Of a stretch of DNA of 61,863 bases, positions 50,706-61,863 are shown piece after piece (within the stretch, counting starts at the first letter, position 1; each line of letters opens with the position of its first letter). A program made the translations under genes and the position numbers. The stretch is from positions 1 to 61,863 of the forward strand of contig JABANN010000146.1 of assembly GCA_013115125.1 (NCBI GenBank), given 5' to 3'. Origin of the DNA: Perkinsus olseni (lineage: Eukaryota). The notes beneath the pieces are model-generated. The model did not search any database. It was not told where the DNA came from and saw only the letters and a list, made by a program, of their open reading frames with translations.

Positions 50706-52600
50706 GACCGGCACCTCCTCCACCACCTCCTCCTTGGCTGTTGGTGAATCCTCGAGCTCGGCGAACGCTCGCGTATCTTTCCCGTGATCTCGATAAGTAA
50801 CTTCGACCTCAGGAGAATCACCAAACTCAATCCAAGGCTGCGCAGTCCTGGAATCCTGCGCACAGCCAAGATTTTCCGTATCTTCCACAATACTCAGCTG
50901 GCTCGCTGATTCCGAATCTTCCTCTGCATCAAGCAACTCGTCTAGCATATCAAAACCTTCCCCGTGCGCCGCGAAAGATTCCTCGCCACTCCCCACTCCC
51001 CCAACTTCCAGGGCACCCAAAAAGTCCAAGGCGCTCCCCAACGCCGATGCCCTCCTCTCGTTAAAAGCTGAGATGATACTCGCGGCCTGCGCAACCATGC
51101 ATAATCGATCAAAATGGCGAGCGCTATTGCACCTGAGGATCCTCCAATGGTATTAAAGATCCTATAGAAGACTCTTCCGGCGTGGGCAGGTCGGCATTCC
51201 GAGTGAAGGCTGCCGAGTGGACCTCCAATGTGGCAACCACGCCAGCCTGACCAACATTCTCTATTGTCCGCCAGAAGGATCTGACGGTATCTAGTTCTCG
51301 GATGACAACTGTGGTGGTCGTGCGAATATTGTACGGTTTTTATTACTTATTCCATATCAATATAATAGAAGCCTCCATAACCACAGAATAATGATGCTTT
51401 CAAAGGTCATTCATGATTCAGATTCACTATTGAACAATACCCCAAGTTTCTCGAAGCTTGATGAAACTTTCCTCACCCCTAGGGATCCCGAAGGCCCCTT
51501 TGCCGGTGTCTCAATGATCTCATAAATTTATGCTACTTCCACGACCACAACCGATGGCGCGAACGAAGCACACTACGCCCACTTCCGCATAGCTGAAGTT
51601 CGGGAGCGACGAGCTTCTCCTCGGCGATGAGGATCCCGGTACCTCATTTCGCAGCTCAATTTCCGCTGGCCGAAAGACTTCAGAAGATACGTTGAACTGG
51701 TCCAGGTCCATGAAGGCAACACCAATATGCCTAGAGCCTGTATAAATAAAGTTAGAAACCCACACCGAAGTCGTCACCATCAGCGTCGGTGATCTCAAGC
51801 GACAGGGCGTATCTTAGGTTGAAGCTCGCACAACATACAGCTTCGGATTCAAACTAGGAAGTCAATCGCCTAACACTTCCATAGAACCCTCAGAAAATAC
51901 GCAAAAAAGTTTTTTGGCAAATACCCCACGGTCTTGGTTAGTACTGCCAGTGTATCTGGGAAGGCCTATCACAGTAGCCTAAAGTCGATGAGCCTACTAT
52001 ATCTTATCAATATCAGTTCAGATCGAATAAAGCACCTAATGCCTACTATACCAATGCTACGGGGTTGCTACGAAAAGCGCTCTCAGCGCAAAAGTACTAC
52101 GTTGCTCCATCACGACCAAATATGGTTCTAATAAGATCCATCACGAAATTGCACACTATCATTAGTTATTTCCGAATAAACCTACTACCGATAATTCTAT
52201 CAGAAAGCTCATCCGCCAGTGGTCCGCTAGTACCCGTCGACAACGTGAGGGTCACCCGCAGATTCGCTCGTCCAGTTTCTGCCAGCATAACCCAGTGATG
52301 CAGTTCCACCCCACCAGCGTCCACAGCGAAGACACGAGACGACGAATGCAAGGTGGGCCCTGTAGGGTCTTCTGGTCTGCTCAAGTACCTGCACTGGCAA
52401 TCCGAAACGGTGGTGGAGTATCCATCAGAGTTATTTGCAGAGCCCTCAGAGTTCGCGTCGCACACATAAAGCTGACCGATCTTGACGCATTAGTTATTCT
52501 CGTCCTTGACGGTGGCAGAAAACGCTATAGATGGCCTTCTTCACAAGTCCGCCTACGCTACTCGTTGACCCCGTCGCATCCGTGTTGTACTTCGCGTTAC
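49500..52600 (-). CDS. Multi-exon hypothetical protein with acidic poly-Asp tract; possible C2-like segment
   Basis: Spliced frames at 52166-52465, 51520-51798 (RHIGVAFMDL), 50553-51098 and 49782-50180. Boundaries approximate. Confidence 0.45.
50644..50706. repeat. (CAT)n microsatellite encoding poly-Asp on the minus strand
   Basis: Direct observation. Confidence 0.95.
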
Positions 52601-53330
52601 AGTTAACGCCTGTTGAATTTGTTTTTCGATTCCTTCAGGTTCGGCGGGACAATATCAATGTGTCACATAATTTATGTGATACAAAGTCGATCGATTTCTA
52701 CGAGTTAGCTATTCTCGTAGTTGCCCCTTTTCGAATATCGGCTCTTCCCAGCCTAGCGTGACCGTCAATCGTGGACTGGTCCTACGCCCCTCCCTAACAG
52801 TATCTTAGTAACCTCAGGTACATAGTCATGTAAATTGCCAGAGTCAACCTAGGATATTTCCCACACTGATAGGTACATTATAATAACCATATTCCGCATT
52901 TTCCCCTGGTACTACCATCGACAGCAACAACTTTCCGCTCTGCTGCTTCGCTCCGCCGACAGGGAGAGTCGTCGTAAATAAAAGGCGCAGAGGCGGGGGA
53001 CGTCGGTGGCCATTGGACTTCAAAAACTCGAGGAATGAAGAGCCGCAAAGTTAGGGGGCGAAGGGAGTGGTAGAAGTAACGTCACCTCTCTGATGGTGAT
53101 GACGCCATGATGCTCAACAGACAAACCCGGGTTCGAACCCCACACATGACATTTTCACTGCAAACACAAATCCCTAGGCCCGAATCCTATTAAAGAAACT
53201 CATCCACCCTGTTTTCATTAGCCTCGCGCACCACTAAGGACCGCTCGAGGCGGCTGCCTGCCGCACCTCATTTGAATGGTGACACACAGCTGTCACCACT
53301 ACTGTTGTCACGACAGGCATGGCTCTTCTC

Positions 53331-54154
53331 TTACGCCTTGCCGAAGAACATCTGCACGCGCTGCATGATGGAGTCCTAAAAAACACAATAACCGTCCCAG
53401 CCAACAGACTGCAGACATGCACAGGCTACATACCTGAGCAGGGTTGTAGGGTGCTTCCTTGCTGGGGACCTCAAGGACCGTAGGGATGGCCGAACCACTG
53501 CTGGCGTACCTAGAGCGAACCGGGTGGTGACTAGCATCACGAGATAGTCAAGCTTCGTAATACATAAAAATAGATTAAGATATAGTCTAGAGGTAAAACA
53601 CCCGAAATAACAATAATAATAATACCCCGAAATCTCTTCCCAGAGTGCTTGAAAATTCCCTTATTGTGGGTGTGACATCAAAACATGTCAGCCTGTGAGT
53701 ACTACGCCTATCGTTAGACGTGTTTTAGGTTGCCCTTTGGATATGACGATCTCATTGTTCGAGTATTTGGGATTCCTTCCAAAGGACTTCCATACCCCTC
53801 GTCCGACACACTGGGTGTTAAGAGTAGGAGTTGACCCGCGGTGCCTCACTTCCGAACGACATGACGGATCTTCTCCGCGATGGGCTGATTGATGATGACA
53901 ATGGCGATGTCAGGTCGCTCAACGAAGGTCTTGAAGGCATCCTCGATGTCATCCCGTCGGGTCTCTGATTAGAAAAAAAAGGTACCAAAATGACGCAGGT
54001 GATGTTGCTTACTGGCGTCAACGACAAGGAAGTTGGTCACGCCGTTGCCATCACGCATACCCGCACCGGCGAGACAGAAACCGGAGACGGTCTCCTCATC
54101 ACCAATAATGGCGACACGAAGGTCGCTCTTCTTGGTGATCCTGTTGGCAACCAT
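53331..54154 (-). CDS. ATP6V1F: V-type proton ATPase subunit F (3 introns)
   Basis: VAIIGDEETVSGFCLAG, NFLVVD, IEDAFKTFVERPDIAIVIINQPIAEKIRH, IPTVLEVPSKEAPYNPAQDSIMQR. Confidence 0.95.
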
Positions 54155-55060
54155 AGTGTAGGGGAAGATGTGGTATTAAACAAAGGACTAGGGTCAATTT
54201 CACAACATTCCCCAACCCGTTGAAATTTACGTCTTCCGAAATAGGACCCTCACCTAAGGACGTCCTTAGAAGTTCCAATTTGGAGTAGTCAAGCTGTCTC
54301 ACAAGAAAAATCCTTGAAGGGCAGATAGGATCCTAATAATAAAGAAGTCTTGACCTACTACTTCGGGAAAAAAATTGGGGAAAATGCGAGCTCCTAATTT
54401 CGAACCGACGACCTCACAGGTGGCAGTCGCGTCACTTAACCTGTCGAGCTCCGACCGGGTTGTAACAACCCTTGCGCCGCGGGCCTTGACGATAAGAACG
54501 TCCTGACTACCTCGGGACCTAAACCTACAAATGAAGCACTGCATTGAATTCGATCCCAGGCTGACATGCACAGCCGAACGGCTCTGAAATTTACTTTTTC
54601 GGTAACCACACACAACAACGAAAACTGCCAACGGAGACTTCACGGGTTCTCATCTCGCATCAATTTTACACTTCTCTTGGGCATTTGACATGCGTCTTAA
54701 GAGAAGCAGAAAGGTTCGAGCGAGACTGTTACGACTGCCATTTTTGTGCTTAGAATGCCAATCGAGGACCCCTCAAGGTACTCTACGATGTTGGCCCGAA
54801 GTTAGGAAATGACACTTACGGCCTAACCGCCTGTCCTAATGTCATAACCCAGTCTTAATTCCCAAATCCTAAATGTTAAAATCCCGATGTCCTTGGCTTA
54901 GGTATCGACCCACGTGAAGGACATTCGACCTAAAAATCCGTCCTTACCCCTGAGGATCCTAAGGGAAATCGTCCTTTGAAATAGGCCCCTGATCACCATC
55001 ACCAGCTCAGCAGCTTCACGCGCCACAAAATTCAACAACCCAAAAAATGGCGAGAAAATT

Positions 55061-57612
55061 CTACACTAGATTGGCATGCGGGCCATGCACCACGCTCGGG
55101 GTCACCACCATTTCACTCAAGAGAAAACCGAGAGAAGCAACGACGCCGATCGACACTACGGAGACCGGCAGACCAGGGCGAAGGAAATCCGAGGACTTCA
55201 GCCAGGGGTGATTATCGTCGCCTTGCCGCCTGATCGCCGTGGCGTTGATGTTAGGCGTTGAACTTATCGGCAACGCACAGCCTACCGAGAGCGCTAAAGC
55301 CGCAGGAATGCCGAGGACTGCCACGCCGCCCTTCACTTGAGGAGGGACAACCACCTCTGCCAGAGAACAGATAAAGGGCATGAGAACATTCGCTGCGGCC
55401 GTGTGAGACACTAGAGTAGACACGAGAGTCACAAGAGCTACAGTGGCCAAGATGCAAACCCATAGGGGCGCTTCTTCGATGACAGACGAGGCGAAGCCGC
55501 TGGCGACTACTAGCAGCTCGGAGTCTCGCACGGCCAGGGCAAGCGCGGAGCCACCGGCGAGAAGGAAACATACGTCCCAAGGAAGGGAGAGAAAGTCAGC
55601 TTTTGTGAGGAGGTCGGGGACTGCGAATAGTGCGACGAGTGGCAGGAGAGCCGACAGGGAGATGTCGCCAAAGACCAGTACTGTGAAAGACGAGCACAGC
55701 CACAGCGTGACCGTGAGGAGGACGACGGCGATGACGTAGAGGCGTCTCCAGTCGTCACAAAAATGACCGCTTCCACCAAGCCGCGGAGGGAGCACCAAAT
55801 GGTCAGAATCAGCAGCTAGACCGCCGCCCGCAGCACTGAGGAGAGCCTGTCGGGCATCGTCAGCAGGGGCGAGGTAGTCGGGTTTGAGCAACCAGAAGGT
55901 GAGTAAGAGCAGCACGAAGCTGGTCGGAATGGCGACCGCACACCATTCGCTGAACGACAGACCGTAGTTGCTGTGTAGCAAGGCAAAGGCGACAACGCTT
56001 TGTGGCGAGGCCACCGGGCTGGTCATGCCACCCACATTACACGCGAAGGCGATGGCGACCAGCAGTGACCGACCGTAGTTCAGCGTGGTGACGCGGTTTT
56101 GAGGAAGCTCATCGAGGATCGGCGAGGCGATACTCATGCAGAGGACGCTCGCCGCTACGTTACCGACAGCGGCGCTCGTGCTGTAGCCGAGAAACATCAG
56201 CACCATCAGGGTACGTACGCGACTGCCACCAGAAGCAACTCGTAGCAGCACGCAGGCTAGCTCCTTATCGATACGCAGCTTCGAGAGGGCCGCTGCTAGA
56301 GAGAAACTAGCGAGGACCATGAGCTGAGCGCCGCTCCACATGGCTGCCATCGCCATCCTCGCCGCAGCAGCCCGATCACCATGACTGGACGGGAGGGTGT
56401 CCAGCAGGACGACCAATAGAGGGACTGCTAGGCCGGTGACGTACAGGGGTACTGTGCCCAGGGACCATAAGGCACTGGCGAGCCAGAGAAGCGCTAGGCA
56501 CCTCGCGGCTGGACTGGGCAGACCGGGGATCTTGACCAACAAAATTGATAGAAAAACCGCAAAAACAATGGTGTAGACCACCACTGTCACCCAATAGTCT
56601 CTAACGTACTGCCAACAACCTCGCTCGGGTATCTTCAGCTCAACCGAAGCATACAAAGGCGACACCAAAGAGCTTCTCTTGCCGTCCTCGGGACTCAGTG
56701 AACTCGATCGCTGCAGCGACGTCCGCCGCGGACCACCAACAGCCGGGGCGATGCCCAACCGACAGCGCTGCCTGAAGGACCAACATAGACGAGGAGGTCA
56801 GAGACGGCGGTACCTTTCCAGCTTGATGAGGTCGTGCCACACCGTGCCTCGGTCCCACACCAGCATCTCGGACAAGGCTTGTGAGAGCTCCTCAGCAGCC
56901 GCAGTCTCGTCACCACCACAGAAACTCGAGGCGTAACTGCTCATAGCGATGCCCAGGGGAAGGAGAGCAGCAGCACCTTCTTTGAATGGAGGTGATCATC
57001 GGCCTGACCTCAACCTCGATGATGCGGTTCATCTCGGACAGGGCGTCGCAGTCGGCGATGAAATATTGGCAGTGCGAAGATCCGTGGAACTTGTCAAATT
57101 TTTTGACAAGTTTCCGAGCGCCCTACACGACGATTACTCTAAAGGTTTCTTCACAGGAGCAGCAGTCACCTCAGAATTGAGCCACACGAAGTTGCAGAGC
57201 TCATTGAGTTCCAAGTAGACCTCCGCGCAGGATTTGCGGTACTTCGGGTGCACCATCGGTTCCCCAGCCTCGCCGAGGAGATCCTCCATCCACGACGACA
57301 ATCTCGCGAGAATCTCGAACCCCGGACGATCGACTTGCGGTATCATCGTCACAAATTTACATCGGAAAAGTAAGCTTGCACTCTGGTCAGCTCCGACAGG
57401 ACCTCTTCGCTGAACTCCTGAACAGAATAATGGTGATGACAAGACCACATGGGAGATGAGTCCACCTGCCAGGCAACCGGTGCTGGCCGGATTCCCGCTC
57501 CTTCGAGGTCGTGGCGCTGGTCCTTGATGAGCTTCTTCAGGCGCTTGTAGTTGATGTAGCCGTCGTGCCACGGCCCGAAGGCGTTGAACTCCAATTCGTA
57601 GCTGAACTTCAT
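55061..57612 (-). CDS. SPX-domain SLC13/CitMHS-family phosphate transporter (Pho87/Pho90/Pho91-like)
   Basis: N-terminal MKFSYELEFNAFGPWHDGYINYKRLKKLIK (SPX), VYLELNELCNFVWLN, and a multi-TM region with AFACNVGGMTSPVASPQS, LPWDVCFLLAGGSAL, ALPISSTPN. Confidence 0.92.
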
Positions 57613-58598
57613 GCTAGGAAAATATAAAACAGGCGGAGCGATGCAGCAGCGAGGGATAACGCAACACCGCTTGCTGTTCACAAACTTACCGGCGTGAGAA
57701 TAGAAGCACGGCGCAGCGTGAGAAGAATCGAATCATAGTGCACATGTCCGCCGTCACTCGCCACGAAATTATGCGCGCGCCAGATTAGCCGAAAGGGTTT
57801 TTTGGAGAACTTTTGAGGAGTCCGATGATGTTTCTGCTGAAGAAGGGCTGACCCCACTCGTCAGCGTGTGGTGGCATGATAATATTGAATACAACCTGAT
57901 GGTCTCTGTCCACCTTTTTATGGAAATTGTGTCTTCTCTTTACATCAACCTAAGATTCGACGGCCTGATGCTCACAATGGCGAAGCTACTGCCGATGTAC
58001 CACTGAGGATGTGCGTTGAGCAGATTCTGAAGCTAAGAACCGATCCTGAGTTAGTAAAATCCCAGTAAATTATTGTAAAATTTCAGTAAATTTTTAACCT
58101 ACGTAGTGAAACCATTTTACACTACGTCAAAACGGGCGAAGGATCGATTCTGAGAATGGGGGGTGGGTTTACTAAAAAGCCGTCCTGAAGAAACGAAACT
58201 CCAGCACTTGTTGCAAGACCTTCTACGAGCTGCCACGCAATGAGGATTTTATCCTCGCTATGGCCGTCCTCGCGTGATCTCGAATCATCATCGACAGAAC
58301 ACTGCCCCTATGTGAATCCTGTCGAACAACATCTTCCACAAGTAGCTTCACTCGGAGCCATGGCAAGGGTCAACGTGTAACCTGAGAATCATCGTAGCTG
58401 GGGAACCAGGGACAGCCTGTCCCGGACAGGAAGAAGCTCCTTGTGCAGGTGATGCCGTTCACAGCCAGAGGTGTCGGAAAGTCTATTGCTTTCGCAGAGC
58501 CCTCCGCAGTGCGGACGATGAAAAGAACACTTTCGATCTCAGCACGGCTACGAAATTGACTATCCCGAAAAACTCTCGATGCCGCCATGCACAATACA

Positions 58599-58670
58599 AG
58601 CCGGTTAGCGGGATCGAACCACCGACCTTCAGTTTTCAAGATTGACGCTCTACCACTAAGCTAAACCGGC
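58599..58670 (-). tRNA. tRNA-Thr-type body with UGA anticodon (variant tRNA or pseudogene)
   Basis: Reverse complement GCCGGTT TA GCTT AGTGGT AGAGC G TCAAT CT TGA AA ACTGA AGGTC GGTGG TTCGATC CCGCT AACCGGC T. Short variable loop, one A-C mismatch in the anticodon stem. Confidence 0.75.
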
Positions 58671-59828
58671 TTATAGACATTGCTAAGGAAAACTATGTGT
58701 CAGATTTCTGTGCACAGAAATCTCCGATCTCGAATCAGCTGAGCCGGCTTGAGAAGCTTCCGAAGAGCACATTGTGCTCAGCACAAGTTGTGCTGCACAA
58801 CTGCATGGGGCATGCTGTCGATTATGTCAGTCAACTTTACCTAAATTGTGAGGTATTGTTCTTGCGGTCGTAAGGGATGTTCTCCGGTTCGCTGGCGTCG
58901 AGGTGGAAGCGCCTGACGAAGTCCCTCCAATTCCTCATAGCAGTGATGAAATTAATCTCAGTTTCGTCAGAGTAGGATTACACGACAACAGGACGGCTCA
59001 CGAACTGCAACATTGACTGACCCCGCGCTGGAATTCTCTTCAGTAACAAGAGCGTCATCGTTAATGGCATTAACCCGATATTAACTTAATGTCGAAACAA
59101 GGTTACCGTGTAGGAAGGCAACTATGAGCGGGGTGGAAGGGTGAGATATGAGAACATGATGCAGCTTGGACGTATACGGCAAATACTATTTGCCAAATAG
59201 CAAACGATGAATTCCTGCTGAAGCATATCGGGACAGGCCCAGCGCTGCACGCTGAGCGTGCGTGTTTCCTTGCGCTAGCACGATTATATGGGTGACGCAT
59301 ATCAATGATATGATATCATATCATTGTACATGCCAGTCGCATGGAAGCGCCTCCCTAGTGCGCAAGCGGGCATGCTCGATACGCACTATATCGGTTCAGA
59401 TACTCCGGTATGGAAAGCGCCCAGCCAATGTTTTGGGCGATTTCAGTCCATTCAATTCCCGTGACAGGAAAGGGCCGGGACACTGGGAATTTCTCAGTGG
59501 GAAATCTTGCAGACATTGACGGCCGGGGCGTCACGGCCCGAGACCGCCAGGCTGAATCAACTTCCCATCGAGAGCCCAGGATAGATAAAGCTTCTCGACG
59601 CTCCGGCCTACTCGGCCATTACCTAAGCAAATCCAAACCTCCGAGGTCCAACTCTGCATATGCCTCCCTCAACCTGACGCTGCGCCCTCTCGAGACTTAG
59701 CACGCGCGAAATCGGGACATCCGGCGAGATTATCGAGACACCATCCTAGCGGAGAGAAAGACTTGCGATCCGCCTGGGCCGATACATGAGGGCAAGATCT
59801 CATAAGCTTACGTAGCACAAGTTGCTCT

Positions 59829-60239
59829 ATGGCGTATTCATTCAAGTTGTATCATCTCCTCATGTCCCATCCCACGCTGTTTATGCTCGTCTTTCTACTT
59901 ATGGTGGCCAGTTTCGCCTTCCCTCCCAGTCAGCAGTACTATACTTTGAATAATGTCTTCACGAGTGCTTGGCAATTCAAACCGTATAATGCGGTGAATA
60001 TTTCAGTTTTCATTCCCCCCACCCACTTCGAAAGGATATGGTCTTCGGGTGATATGTATTACGCTCCCAACCCTGATGAGTCTGAGCTGCAATTCAACAC
60101 AGACCTGGACAATTGGGTAGCCTTGGTCTGGCACTTTCGTCTCAATGAAAGTGAATGGAAAAGCATCCCCTACGACCACAAGTCCAATACCTTCACTATA
60201 CAATTCCATGGTTATACTTTCGCCGTGTTGCCCGCGTGA
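59829..60239 (+). CDS. Small secreted hypothetical protein
   Basis: 136-aa ORF with hydrophobic LFMLVFLLMVASFA segment and an aromatic-rich mature region. Confidence 0.55.
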   Translation: MAYSFKLYHLLMSHPTLFMLVFLLMVASFAFPPSQQYYTLNNVFTSAWQFKPYNAVNISVFIPPTHFERIWSSGDMYYAPNPDESELQFNTDLDNWVALVWHFRLNESEWKSIPYDHKSNTFTIQFHGYTFAVLPA

Positions 60240-61863
60240 AGGCGGGCCATCCTGATTCGCCCAGAATCGTCGGCGACTGTTATATTAAGCGCCGAGTTAT
60301 TATCAATTATCATTCTTCACGAGTCACTCAAGAGATCATTCGCTTTTTTTATGATGAAGATTTCATCGCAAGTCAGGCCGGCAAAGCTCTTGAAGTTGAT
60401 TATTATCGGGTTGAGTTGTGAATCCAGGAGCAGCAAGGAGTATTCCGGAGACCCCATGGATGTGATGTTTGCTTAGGCATGGTTTCACTCTCCGTGAATT
60501 CCGGTGGATACAAATATTGGTCTCTAGTGTCTATCTCCGTAGCACTAAGAGTGGTTTCAGCCCAAACCAAAATTCCCCTACCGCAGGCGAAGCGATCTCT
60601 ACGAGCAACGAGCGTGTAACCGTCTATTGCTTAAGAGTTATCGACCAAAGCTGCATGCTGCAACCTGCAACAATCTAAGTCCAACAGGGGTGGTATGTGG
60701 ACAATGATGTAAGGGGTGATTCAGATTCTTTACTCAGAAATAAAAATACACGATTATTAATAGGCGTTGGTTCATCGAGCTTTTCTACTCCGAATTGAAA
60801 AATCAAAGTCATTGGGGCTTGATTTGAATTTCGAGTCGAGATTCTCGACAGTGATTCGAAAATCAGAATACAAGACCATTTTTTGAATGGCGAAATGTGG
60901 TATAGCCCCCTCTCACGGGAGAGGGCCAGCTCAGATTAAAGACCAACCGGATTTGACCGCGCTTTCCGCTAATAGCGCCTCGCCAAACTTTGAACAGTAA
61001 CTGTTCCAATTTCGTTCCAGTTCAAATTTTGAACTGCGCTAGCCCGCTCATCTGCACGCCTAAATCTGTCTTCTGACTCATAATTTGGCAAATTGGGGTT
61101 GGTGTTGCCTGCGATTGGTATGAAAAACAACAAATGCTTCGGACTCGTTCGGCGAGATTCGACTGTTTCGCGTCAAACTGACTGGAATGAACTGCCCTTC
61201 TGGAGAATTTTTCGGCGACAGGAATTCACCAATACGAGTGTGTCCGCTCTTCTGAAGAGCGGAGCTTCGCCGTTGTCGTATAGAGCGTCTTTACGCGTGT
61301 TAGGCCAGAAAAACTTTTTCTGGTAGAGTTCCTAAGCTTGTTTGGCCGAGACTGCCGTCCATTTCGTGCTGGCGGTACTCGTTCTAAGACAGCATTCGCG
61401 AAAACAGGCGTCGCCTTCTCTGTTGAAGGAGTCGTCCATCTTCGACACATGATAACAGTGTCATCCCACTCATTCGAACCGGGTTTTCATTGCTAGTTTT
61501 GGTGACTCGCTGTTACCGTATCCGGTGATCTCAAAGTTCACGCCGTGAGGCTCACGGCGTGAGCTTTCGCGAGAGGAGCCTTTGGGGGTTTTCATTTTCT
61601 TTCTCCGCTGTATCGCTATGAGGAGCCTGCTTGATATATCGTGATACCTCGTTTCTTAGGTCCCGTGCGCTTTGCCATACTCATTGAGCAGAAGGCAGTA
61701 AGTGGGGCACCAAAATAATGGTCTTGGTGCTACTTCGGAGTCCATGTTCGGACGTCCTATCAGTTAAGAGATAAATTCAAAGCCAACAAACAACTTCAGA
61801 TTGAAACGTTCCTTAATAACGAGCAATACATGAATTAGTCATCACGTCTTCCTGCTCTAAGGC

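Noticed and set aside
58599-58670. tRNA-Phe(GAA)
   Set aside because: Placing GAA in the anticodon breaks the anticodon stem. The pairing register gives UGA, and the body is closest to Thr(UGU).

Overview
Intron-rich, gene-dense eukaryotic DNA with three N-gaps. It looks alveolate and most like Perkinsus; this is inferred from the short introns, a Pfmap-2/TgMAPK3-type kinase and the SYCK-type Cys-rich secreted proteins. Recognisable genes are TSR3, an atypical TGH-motif MAP kinase, CFAP65 (~10.6 kb), a calmodulin/myosin-light-chain-like EF-hand protein, a SET-domain protein, a divergent intronless RRM protein, V-ATPase subunit F and an SPX-SLC13 (Pho87/90/91-type) phosphate transporter. There are also two paralogous Cys-rich secreted proteins, an FN3+ILEI-like secreted protein and a probable ~13 kb giant Cys-rich GPI-anchored protein gene. 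RNA genes are 3 identical tRNA-Arg(ACG), 2 identical tRNA-Trp(CCA) and a tRNA-Thr-type body carrying a UGA anticodon. A young Tc1/mariner-type MITE and an older copy are present. The most notable structure is that the giant Cys-rich gene hosts tRNA-Arg antisense in a 128-nt intron and has tRNA-Trp just past its stop codon. The other Arg and Trp copies sit inside decayed duplicates of that gene's exons, so identical tRNAs survive inside dead host-gene copies. Two strongly over-represented dispersed motifs (orphan tRNA T-arm/B-boxes and TATCTTAGGTTGA) recur in introns and gene flanks. All exon models were built by eye and are approximate; family assignments come from recalled motifs, not database searches.
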